Shown here piece by piece: positions 21,199 through 29,844 of a stretch of DNA of 64,000 bases. Each line of letters starts with the position of its first letter. Position 1 is the first letter of the stretch. The notes under the pieces were generated by a model. It worked only from the letters and a program-made list of their open reading frames with translations, searched no databases and was not told where the DNA came from. The position numbers were made by a program, and so were the translations under genes. Source of the stretch: Sphingobacteriia bacterium (lineage in GTDB: Bacteria; Bacteroidota; Bacteroidia; Chitinophagales; Chitinophagaceae); contig JANMOT010000043.1 of the NCBI GenBank assembly GCA_031369485.1, positions 1,595 to 65,594 on the forward strand, in the 5' to 3' direction.

Positions 21199-21900
21199 AT
21201 GCTCGCATCACTCGTAATTGTTAGGTATCCTCGTTGGTTGGGTTGGGTAGGATTTTTGTCAATGGCCGTTTTTAGATTTCCGCTTTGGCTAAACTCCTCC
21301 ATCTCTTTTTGGAAATTAATGGGCTGTGGCAAAAACGGCAGCTTCGATAAAACACCCGATTGGCGGCAATGGGCTTTACTTATTGTTCATCCCTCTAAAA
21401 AAAACAATCCTGACCAACCCCTGATTCCCCTATTTATTTCTCGTTGGTGGAACTTATTCGGTTGCGAAAAATGGACGCTTTTACTTGAACCCATTGAAGG
21501 TCACGGACATTGGGATGGAAAACTTGCTTTTGGGGAATTACCCAAACAATCTGACTACTCGGGGCCAATTGGCGTATTAACCAGAGCCACCATTCGCATC
21601 AGCAAACTGGGTAGGTTTTGGAGTCACGTTGACCGTATTGCGCAGCAAATGGCTGGCGCTGAAGGATTTATTTGTTCTGTAGGGATTGGTGAAATGCCAT
21701 TTATTAAACAAGCTACTTTTAGTATATGGACGGGCAAAGAGGCCATGAAACAATTTGCTTATAAAATGAAGGATCATGCCGATGTTGTGCGAAAAACACA
21801 CCAAGAAAAATGGTATAGTGAAGATATGTTTGTTCGATTCCGCCCCATCTCCTCAACCGGCTCTTTGAACGGGAAACTACCATTTAAAATAATTTCGTAG
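21199..21900 (+). CDS. CrtA (spheroidene monooxygenase)-like protein
   Basis: From the ATG at 21199: MLASLVIVRYPRWLGWVGFLSMAVFRFPLWLNSSISFWKLMGCGKNGSFD. This mirrors the N-terminal pattern of CrtA-family proteins (FxKLxGxGxxxxF...W). Confidence 0.55.
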   Translation: MLASLVIVRYPRWLGWVGFLSMAVFRFPLWLNSSISFWKLMGCGKNGSFDKTPDWRQWALLIVHPSKKNNPDQPLIPLFISRWWNLFGCEKWTLLLEPIEGHGHWDGKLAFGELPKQSDYSGPIGVLTRATIRISKLGRFWSHVDRIAQQMAGAEGFICSVGIGEMPFIKQATFSIWTGKEAMKQFAYKMKDHADVVRKTHQEKWYSEDMFVRFRPISSTGSLNGKLPFKIIS

Positions 21901-22111
21901 TTTGCAGCCTCCAATGAATCATTGTACTACCATATCTTTCCTTACTGCACACTTCGCATGGATGTACCGCGGGCTCAACTCTATGCCCGATCATTGAGTA
22001 CTTATCCTACTATTTTAAGTATTAAGATTCAATTGCTATTGCTCAATCGTTGCCAAAACATTGTTCAATTGTAATATTGGTAATTCCCCATTCAACCCAC
22101 AACAAATAAAT

Positions 22112-23545
22112 ATGCAACTCAGCGTTCATTCTGAAATAGGTACCCTTAAAAGTCTACTCGTACACAGTCCCGACAGCGGCCTTGGTAAAGTGGTGCCTTC
22201 CAAAGCTCAGGACTGGCTATTCGAAGATATTGTTCACTTAGATACCATCCGAAAAGATGAATACGACTATTATACCAAAATCTTGCTCTACTTTCTAGAT
22301 CCAGAAAAGATAAAAGGCAAACTGCATAAAATTGATGAAGCATCTGCTAGGCGTAGTTTTTACAAACCCGACCATGCAGATTTTCATCGCTCCGATAAAG
22401 TAATTGAACTACAATGGTTGCTGGCAGAAATTCTGGAAGATCATGATATTCGATCTAAATTGGTGGCATCTGTTTGCGCTATTGAAGGTTGTACCTACCA
22501 TACCCAAAATGAATTGCTGCAATATATACCAACAGAACTGGCCAAAACATTTATATCAGGCACTTCAAAAACTGCTGAATTATTATTTGCGCCCATCCCT
22601 AACTTTATTTTTACAAGGGATATCGGCATCACCATTAAAGACCATGTATTACTGAATAAACCAGCTAAAAAAGCAAGAACCAGAGAAGCTTTGCTGGCTA
22701 GGTATATTTTCTTTAACCATTCTTTTTTTAAAGGGTATTGTAATAATATTATTGAGCTGAGCGACTCCAACCATAGTTTTTTATTACCCAAAGAAGACGA
22801 TGACAGAAAAATAACCCTCGAAGGTGGTGATATTATGGTGGTGAGTGATAAACATATTTTAATAGGCGTAAGCGAAAGAACTTCCTCTGAAGCAGCCGTA
22901 AAAATTACCAATACACTTTTTGAAAAAGGCTTGATGGATAAAGCTACCATTGTTAAAATTCCAAAGAAAAGAGATTATATGCATATCGATACTGTTTTTA
23001 CGCAAGTGAAAAGAGATGTATGGGTTATGCTGGGAAATTTCTCGCGAAAAGCGGTAAAATATGAAGACCAAAATTCAGTAGAAAGATTGCTGGAAATAAA
23101 AAAAGAAGAGAAAATAAAAATACTTCAATTCCACCGCAAGAGTCCCGATAACCCCATTAGCTTTGAAAGCTTAGAAGATCTATTGGTTGACATCAGTAAG
23201 AACGACCTACACTGTGAACACGAAGTGAAATTTATTTTCTCTGGCAACAATGAATTCCCTTACAGTGTAAGAGAACAGTGGACTGATTCTTGTAATTTAT
23301 TGGCACTTAAAGAAGGCGTTGTACTTGGCTACGATAGAAATGACAAGACCATTGAAGCTTTTAAAAACGCAGGCTTTAATATTATTGGGGTGAAAGAATT
23401 ATTAATAGCATTGGAAGCTGGAACCATGCATGTGGATACGTTAACGGATACTTTTATCTTAATGCCTTCTGCTGAACTCTCCAGGGCCAGAGGTGGATTC
23501 CATTGTATGAGTATGCCATTATGGAGGGATTCAATTGATTCATAA
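22112..23545 (+). CDS. arginine deiminase family protein
   Basis: MQLSVHSEIGTLKSLLVHSPD start. C-terminal catalytic-Cys motif GGFHCMSMPL. ATG at 22112 preferred over the TTG at 22061. Confidence 0.75.
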   Translation: MQLSVHSEIGTLKSLLVHSPDSGLGKVVPSKAQDWLFEDIVHLDTIRKDEYDYYTKILLYFLDPEKIKGKLHKIDEASARRSFYKPDHADFHRSDKVIELQWLLAEILEDHDIRSKLVASVCAIEGCTYHTQNELLQYIPTELAKTFISGTSKTAELLFAPIPNFIFTRDIGITIKDHVLLNKPAKKARTREALLARYIFFNHSFFKGYCNNIIELSDSNHSFLLPKEDDDRKITLEGGDIMVVSDKHILIGVSERTSSEAAVKITNTLFEKGLMDKATIVKIPKKRDYMHIDTVFTQVKRDVWVMLGNFSRKAVKYEDQNSVERLLEIKKEEKIKILQFHRKSPDNPISFESLEDLLVDISKNDLHCEHEVKFIFSGNNEFPYSVREQWTDSCNLLALKEGVVLGYDRNDKTIEAFKNAGFNIIGVKELLIALEAGTMHVDTLTDTFILMPSAELSRARGGFHCMSMPLWRDSIDS

Positions 23546-23555
23546 AATAAATGCA

Positions 23556-24467
23556 ATGCAACACAGTTCACACTTGTTAATGATACAGCCGATTCAGTTT
23601 AATTTTAATGCTGAAACTGCTGTAAACAATAGTTTTCAAACCAATTCCAACGATGATTTGGTTTCAGAAAAAGCGAGACAAGAGTTCGAAGATTTTATTG
23701 GTGTATTAAGCGCGCATGGTATAGATATTACCGTAGTAGCAGATACACCCTACCCTTATACTCCTGATTCTATTTTTCCAAATAATTGGATCTCTTTTCA
23801 CAGCGACGGAACTGTATGCCTATACCCCATGTTTGCGGTGAATAGAAGAATGGAGCGCAAGCAGTCTGTTCTAAATGCTATTGAAGAAAAGTTTTCGATC
23901 TTACAGAAAATAGATTTTACGCATTTTGAAGAAAAAAATGTTTTTCTAGAAGGTACAGGTAGTATGGTACTGGATCGTGATCATAAAATTGCATACGCTT
24001 GCCTATCACCCCGAACGGATTTGAGTGTGTTAAATGAATTTTGTAAAAAAATGGATTATCAACCCATTGCATTCCATGCGGTGGACAGTACTAATAAAGC
24101 AATTTACCATACCAATGTAATGCTATGTGTGGCAGATGAATATATGGTGATTTGCTTAGATGCTATTTCCAATTTGGCAGAACAAAAAATGGTGACTGAA
24201 AGCATTGAAAAGACGGGCAAAAAAATAATTCCTATTAGTCTAGCTCAGATGAATTGTTTTGCAGGAAATATGTTGCAAGTGCATAATAATAAGGGCAATA
24301 AATTTTTGGTGATGTCGTCTCAGGCATTTCATTCACTCAACAAAATACAGGTGAATGAAATAGAACAATTTAATCCCATCATTCATTCAGATTTAACAAC
24401 CATTGAAACCAATGGAGGCGGAAGCGCTAGGTGTATGATGGCAGAAGTATTTTTACCCTTAAAGTGA
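23556..24467 (+). CDS. amidinotransferase-fold protein, CtlX-like (arginine deiminase-related)
   Basis: C-terminal GGGSARCMMAEVFL catalytic-Cys motif of the guanidino-group-modifying superfamily. About 300 aa. Starts 8 nt after the stop of the preceding gene (23543-23545). Confidence 0.7.
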   Translation: MQHSSHLLMIQPIQFNFNAETAVNNSFQTNSNDDLVSEKARQEFEDFIGVLSAHGIDITVVADTPYPYTPDSIFPNNWISFHSDGTVCLYPMFAVNRRMERKQSVLNAIEEKFSILQKIDFTHFEEKNVFLEGTGSMVLDRDHKIAYACLSPRTDLSVLNEFCKKMDYQPIAFHAVDSTNKAIYHTNVMLCVADEYMVICLDAISNLAEQKMVTESIEKTGKKIIPISLAQMNCFAGNMLQVHNNKGNKFLVMSSQAFHSLNKIQVNEIEQFNPIIHSDLTTIETNGGGSARCMMAEVFLPLK

Positions 24468-25349
24468 TTTTTTAAAACTAAGCTTTACCCCTTCTTCAAA
24501 TAATAGGGGTTGATAGTTTAGTAATTGCCTTGCTTTATCAATTAAAAGTCCCGAACGTTTTGCTCGTTGAACAGGTTCAGGAAAACTAAGGCTGTCTACC
24601 TTAGTGATAAGCGCAGCATCAAGCTGTAATATCTCTGCTACTTGAATAGCCATGGCATAAGGAGATAAAATTTCGGATCCAGCCAAGTGAAAAATTTCAT
24701 GCTTTTTCTGGACTATAATCTGTTCTATTCCCTTGCAAATATCAATCATATAAGTGGGTGTTCTGAACTGATCATCCACTACTTTTATGGATTTACCTGC
24801 AGCCAAATTTTGTTGTACCCATTGTATAAAACTTGGTCGCATCCCTTCCCAATAAGATCCATAGATAAATACTGGTCGCACAATACCAAATGAAAAAGCA
24901 AAAGTTTTCACAAATTCTTCCGCCATTAACTTACTCTTTCCGTAAAAATTGAGTGGTTGTGGTATTGCATCTTCGGCATGAGGTCCATTTTCACCAAAAA
25001 TAAAATCAGTCGATATATAAATAAAAAGCACCCCATGCTTATTGGCTGCATCAACAAGGTATTGGGTGGCCGTTACGTTGTGCAATATACATGCGTCCCT
25101 ATTTTGTTCACATTCATCCGGTTTACTCATGGCTGCATTGTGAATAATGATATCTGGTTTTATTTGATCTACCATCCTATTTACCGAACTAACGTTTGTT
25201 AGTTCAATTGACTGGTAAAAAATATTTTTATGGAACGGAATTCTAGATTCATTTCTAGAAACTGCATATACCTCAAACCCTTTATCAGCAAAGAATAGGG
25301 CAGCATGTTGACCAAGAAATCCATTTGCACCTGTCAATATTATTTTCAT
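24459..25349 (-). CDS. NAD(P)-dependent SDR, RmlD (dTDP-4-dehydrorhamnose reductase)-like
   Basis: MKIILTGANGFLGQH Rossmann start. YxxxK (YGKSK). 296 aa. Confidence 0.75.
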   Translation of the reverse strand: MKIILTGANGFLGQHAALFFADKGFEVYAVSRNESRIPFHKNIFYQSIELTNVSSVNRMVDQIKPDIIIHNAAMSKPDECEQNRDACILHNVTATQYLVDAANKHGVLFIYISTDFIFGENGPHAEDAIPQPLNFYGKSKLMAEEFVKTFAFSFGIVRPVFIYGSYWEGMRPSFIQWVQQNLAAGKSIKVVDDQFRTPTYMIDICKGIEQIIVQKKHEIFHLAGSEILSPYAMAIQVAEILQLDAALITKVDSLSFPEPVQRAKRSGLLIDKARQLLNYQPLLFEEGVKLSFKKSL

Positions 25350-25486
25350 AATACAATGCTACAAAAAATACCATATAATGTTCCAATGGTCATTTCCTTT
25401 CAAATCCGTATTTTTGGGACTCCGTGTATACAATACACATTTATTGAATGGGCGATTTTTCGCTGTATTAAAGAGATTATTTTATC

Positions 25487-26470
25487 ATGGGTAGTAAAAA
25501 AGTAACAAAAATTGGAGTGCTTACATCTGGAGGCGATGCGCCAGGCATGAATGCAGCTATAAGGGCAGTGGTGAGAACGGGTAATTATTATGGGTTAGAA
25601 GTATTTGGTATAATGAGGGGTTATAGCGGTATGATTGATGATGAAATTAATCTGATGACCTCTCGCTCAGTTGCCAATATCATTCAGCGAGGTGGAACCA
25701 TTTTAAAAACAGCAAGAAGCAAAGAATTTTTTGAACCAGAAGGTAGAAAACTGGCTTATAAAAACCTTACGAAACGAGGTATAAATGGTTTGGTAATCAT
25801 TGGCGGTGATGGTAGTTTTAAAGGAGCACAAAAATTCAGCAATGAATTTGATATTCCCTGTATTGGTTTGCCAGGCACCATTGATAAAGACATTGCGGGA
25901 AGTGATTTTACCATTGGTTTTGATACCGCTGTAAATACAGCTATTGAAGCGATTGATAAAATCAGAGATACCGCAGATGCTCACGACCGCTTATTTATTG
26001 TAGAAGTAATGGGTAGAGATGCTGGTTATATTGCTTTGCACAGTGGTATTGCTACTGGTGCAGAAAATATCTTGATCCCAGAAACCGAGACTGATATTGA
26101 AGCCCTAATTGCCTCTTTATCGGAGCAAGAAAAACGTAGGAAATTAGTGAATTTGGTAGTTGTAGCCGAAGGTGATAAGTTTGGCGCTACTGAAATTGCT
26201 TCAATTATTAAAAAGCGCCTCCCCAATGCAGATACACGTGTTTGTATTTTAGGGCATATTCAAAGAGGTGGATCACCAAGTTGCCTGGACCGCCTAATTG
26301 CCAGCAGAATGGGCTTTCATGCAGTAGAATGCTTAATGAATGGAACACACAATGTAATGGTAGGGATATTGAATAATCAATTACACTATACCCCACTTGA
26401 TCTTGCAATAAAAGCCAAACAAAAAATTTCAGAAGACTGGTTGAGAATCGTTAAAATTCTCGCCAGCTAA
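25487..26470 (+). CDS. pfkA: ATP-dependent 6-phosphofructokinase
   Basis: GVLTSGGDAPGMNAAIRAVVR, IGGDGSF, PGTIDKDI, MGR motifs. Confidence 0.95.
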   Translation: MGSKKVTKIGVLTSGGDAPGMNAAIRAVVRTGNYYGLEVFGIMRGYSGMIDDEINLMTSRSVANIIQRGGTILKTARSKEFFEPEGRKLAYKNLTKRGINGLVIIGGDGSFKGAQKFSNEFDIPCIGLPGTIDKDIAGSDFTIGFDTAVNTAIEAIDKIRDTADAHDRLFIVEVMGRDAGYIALHSGIATGAENILIPETETDIEALIASLSEQEKRRKLVNLVVVAEGDKFGATEIASIIKKRLPNADTRVCILGHIQRGGSPSCLDRLIASRMGFHAVECLMNGTHNVMVGILNNQLHYTPLDLAIKAKQKISEDWLRIVKILAS

Positions 26471-26494
26471 CCCCCTAAAATTAATCATACCAAG

Positions 26495-27985
26495 ATGTCA
26501 AAAAATTTAGAAAAGTACCTGTACAAGAACATGGACAAAGTTGCGGGCGTTCAACACGTGATGCATAGAACAAAAATTGTGGCCACAGTTGGTCCCGCCT
26601 GTGATACCTACGATAAATTACTAGACCTTGTGAAAGCAGGTGTGAATGTATTTCGTTTGAATTTCTCGCATGGCAATCATGAGGATAAACTGGCGATTAT
26701 TGAACATATTCGCAATATCAATTTAACCCAACCTTACAATATCTCTATATTGGCTGACTTACAAGGGCCTAAACTTAGGGTGGGTGATATTGCCAACAAT
26801 GCCCTTCAATTAGATATTGATGATATACTCACTTTTACCAATGAAAAATGTGTGGGTACCAAAGAAAAAATTTACGTTTCTTACCCCAACCTTGCTGGAG
26901 ATGTAGTTTTGGGTAATATTATTTTGATTGACGATGGTAAAATTGAAGTAAGAGTAGTTGGCATTGAGAAAAATGGTGATGTTAAGGTAAGGGTAACTTT
27001 GGGTGGTATTTTATCCTCTAAAAAAGGACTCAACTTACCTGATACTAAAATATCATTGCCTGCATTAACTGAAAAAGATTTGATTGATCTGGAATTCATT
27101 ATTGAACAAAAGTGCGACTGGGTAGCGCTTAGCTTTGTAAGAAGCGTTAAGGATATTGTTATACTCAGAAGTAAATTGGATGAGAAAAATAGCAAGACCA
27201 AAATCATTGCTAAAATAGAAAAGCCAGAAGCATTGGTGAATATTCGCGATATTATTGTAGAAAGTGATGCCATCATGGTTGCCCGAGGTGATTTGGGTGT
27301 TGAATTGCCAGTAGAACAGATTCCGTTGATTCAAAAAGAACTGATTCGCAAGTGTATCCACAGAGCAAAACCTGTAATTGTTGCTACACAAATGATGGAG
27401 AGTATGATTGATCGTGTAAAGCCCAACCGAAGTGAAATTACTGATGTGGCCAACGCTGTTTTGGAAGGTGCCGATGCCGTAATGCTTAGTGGTGAAACCG
27501 CTGCTGGTAACCACCCTACTTTGGTTGTTGAAACCATGCGAAAAATTATTGCAGAAGTTGAAAAGAAAGAATACCGCTATAACCGTTCCGAAGATTTAAA
27601 ACCCCAGCCTCACTCCCCTTCTTTTCACAGTGATGCCATGTGTTACAACGCTTGTAAAATTGCCGAAGATGTTGAAGCAAGTGCATTAATTGGAATGACC
27701 CAAAGTGGTTATACCGCATTTATGCTCAGCAGTTACAGACCTTCTTCACCCTTGTTTATTTTTACAAAAGAAAAAACATTGGTGAACCAGTTAAGCCTAA
27801 GCTGGGGAGTACGTGCATTCCATTACTCGGAAGAAGAAAGTATTGATGATATAGTAAAAGACCAGATTGATATCTTAAAAGAAAGAGGTTTTGTGCAAGT
27901 GGGTGATGTTGTGGTGAATACAGGTAGTACCCCAATCGACCTTCACCTACCCACTAACCTGATAAAGCTTACTAAGGTAGATTAG
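26495..27985 (+). CDS. pyk: pyruvate kinase
   Basis: TKIVATVGPA, FRLNFSHG, MVARGDLGVE, VATQMMESM motifs. An alternative internal ATG near 26561 is possible. Confidence 0.95.
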   Translation: MSKNLEKYLYKNMDKVAGVQHVMHRTKIVATVGPACDTYDKLLDLVKAGVNVFRLNFSHGNHEDKLAIIEHIRNINLTQPYNISILADLQGPKLRVGDIANNALQLDIDDILTFTNEKCVGTKEKIYVSYPNLAGDVVLGNIILIDDGKIEVRVVGIEKNGDVKVRVTLGGILSSKKGLNLPDTKISLPALTEKDLIDLEFIIEQKCDWVALSFVRSVKDIVILRSKLDEKNSKTKIIAKIEKPEALVNIRDIIVESDAIMVARGDLGVELPVEQIPLIQKELIRKCIHRAKPVIVATQMMESMIDRVKPNRSEITDVANAVLEGADAVMLSGETAAGNHPTLVVETMRKIIAEVEKKEYRYNRSEDLKPQPHSPSFHSDAMCYNACKIAEDVEASALIGMTQSGYTAFMLSSYRPSSPLFIFTKEKTLVNQLSLSWGVRAFHYSEEESIDDIVKDQIDILKERGFVQVGDVVVNTGSTPIDLHLPTNLIKLTKVD

Positions 27986-28005
27986 TTTAAACCAAGACCT
28001 AAATT

Positions 28006-28038
28006 AAAAAAGATTCCTCCACAAGAGGAATCTTTTTT
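28006..28038 (+). terminator. intrinsic terminator after pyk
   Basis: AAAAAAGATTCCTC-cacaa-GAGGAATCTTTTTT: an 8-bp GC-containing stem extended by A/T pairs, followed by a T-run. Confidence 0.75.
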
Positions 28039-28105
28039 AATTTGAGGATTCTTTTAACACCAAGAAACTATTGAAATGGTTTAGTTTCTAATAAACCTGA
28101 GTCGC

Positions 28106-29698
28106 ATGAAAAAAATAATTTTTGCCTTTTGTTTACTTTCTTTTTTAATTGCAGGTGCACAGCAAAACGAAATCATTCCAAGACCAGATTCTTGCATCAT
28201 TGGAAAAGGTTTTTTTTCAATCAATCAGAAAACTAAAATTGTTTTATTGGGTACTGGCTTAGAAAAATCAGCCCTATTTCTACAAGATTACCTCCAAAAA
28301 ATGTATAATATTCAATTACCCATTACGCACGGAGGAAAAATGGCAGGAAATATTGTACTGAATTACCACAAAATAGCGACTTCCATACCTGGCGCTTACC
28401 AAATGGAAATAACTGATCGTAAAGTAAATATTGGCGGGGATAATGCTTCTGGCGTCTTTTATGGCATACAATCACTTATTCAACTTCTTCCCTATAGCAA
28501 AAATAAAGCATTAGACATTCCGCAACTATCACTAAAAGACCAACCACGATTTGCTTATAGAGGGTTGCATTTAGACGTTGGTAGGCATTTTTTCTCTGTC
28601 GACTTCATCAAACGTTACATTGATTTTATTGCCCTGCACAAAATGAATATTTTTCACTGGCACTTAACAGAGGACCAAGGCTGGAGAATTGAAATTAAAA
28701 AATACCCCAAACTAACATCTGTGGGTGCCTACCGAAATGGAACAATCACTGGTCGCTATTATGGCACGGGTAATACAAATACGCATTACGGCGGCTATTA
28801 TACCCAAACTCAAATAAAAGAGATTGTGCAATATGCCAAGGATAGATTTGTTGAAATTATTCCAGAAATTGAATTGCCCGGTCACGCTTCAGCTGCCATT
28901 GCAGCTTATCCTGAACTAAGTTGTTTTCCCAGCGAGTACACCAAATATCCTGCTCAAACTGTTTGGAATGGCCCCAAGGAAGGCAAGCAGGTGCAGCAGA
29001 CTTGGGGGATATTTGAAGATGTTTTTGTGCCTAGTGAAAATACATTCAAATTTTTAGAAAATGTATTCAATGAAGTAATTGCATTATTCCCCTCAAAATA
29101 TATTCATATTGGCGGTGACGAATGCCCCAAAGAGTCTTGGAAAAGATCTGAATTTTGCCAACAACTGATTAAAGAAAAAGGATTGAAAGACGAACACGGT
29201 TTACAAAGTTATTTTATTCAACGAGTAGAAAAATTTCTAAACAGCAAGGGCAAACAAATTATTGGTTGGGATGAAATATTAGAAGGTGGTCTCGCCCCCA
29301 ATGCAACCGTAATGAGCTGGAGGGGTGAAAAAGGAGGCATTGAAGCTGCTAAACAAAAACATGCGGTAATTATGACACCTGGTGAGTGGATGTATTTTGA
29401 CCATAAGCAGACTAAAAACGAGGATTCCATTACCATTGGTGGATATACTACCATTCAAAAAGTGTATAGTTATGAGCCAATCCCCAAGGGTTTGAGTGCC
29501 GATGAAGAAAAAAAAGTACTAGGTGCACAAGCAAATATGTGGACTGAATACATGACCAATAGTGCCAAAGTTGAGTATATGCTCTTCCCAAGAATAAGTG
29601 CATTGAGTGAAGTGTTATGGAGTAAAAAAGAAAATAGGAATTGGGTGGATTTTGAAAAGCGCTTACAAAATCAGTTTAAGCGATACGATTGGCTGTGA
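28106..29698 (+). CDS. beta-N-acetylhexosaminidase (GH20)
   Basis: Signal peptide. GH20 motifs HWHLTEDQGWR and IHIGGDE. Confidence 0.9.
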   Translation: MKKIIFAFCLLSFLIAGAQQNEIIPRPDSCIIGKGFFSINQKTKIVLLGTGLEKSALFLQDYLQKMYNIQLPITHGGKMAGNIVLNYHKIATSIPGAYQMEITDRKVNIGGDNASGVFYGIQSLIQLLPYSKNKALDIPQLSLKDQPRFAYRGLHLDVGRHFFSVDFIKRYIDFIALHKMNIFHWHLTEDQGWRIEIKKYPKLTSVGAYRNGTITGRYYGTGNTNTHYGGYYTQTQIKEIVQYAKDRFVEIIPEIELPGHASAAIAAYPELSCFPSEYTKYPAQTVWNGPKEGKQVQQTWGIFEDVFVPSENTFKFLENVFNEVIALFPSKYIHIGGDECPKESWKRSEFCQQLIKEKGLKDEHGLQSYFIQRVEKFLNSKGKQIIGWDEILEGGLAPNATVMSWRGEKGGIEAAKQKHAVIMTPGEWMYFDHKQTKNEDSITIGGYTTIQKVYSYEPIPKGLSADEEKKVLGAQANMWTEYMTNSAKVEYMLFPRISALSEVLWSKKENRNWVDFEKRLQNQFKRYDWL

Positions 29699-29764
29699 AT
29701 AAATTACAGCAAAGCTTATTTCGATCCAATTAATGGTTCAACCTTACCTCAATAATTTCGGCCA

Positions 29765-29798
29765 AAACCCGCAAAAAAATGCATTTATTTGCGGGTTT
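29765..29798 (+). terminator. strong hairpin downstream of the hexosaminidase gene (terminator-like)
   Basis: Perfect 11-bp stem AAACCCGCAAA (29765-29775) / TTTGCGGGTTT (29788-29798). Only a short T-run follows, so terminator function is uncertain. Confidence 0.45.
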
Positions 29799-29844
29799 AC
29801 GAGTAATTAATATTGTAATATGATAAGTTCAAGTTATTTTAGCG

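Noticed and set aside
22495-22950. A 151-aa minus-strand ORF inside the arginine-deiminase-like gene. Similar long antisense ORFs occur at 27065-27514, 2087-2461, 3470-3832 and 9209-9562.
   Set aside because: They lie wholly antisense to well-supported conserved genes. They have low-complexity, Ser/Leu/Ile-rich composition and no recognisable motifs. They look like shadow ORFs of AT-rich coding DNA.
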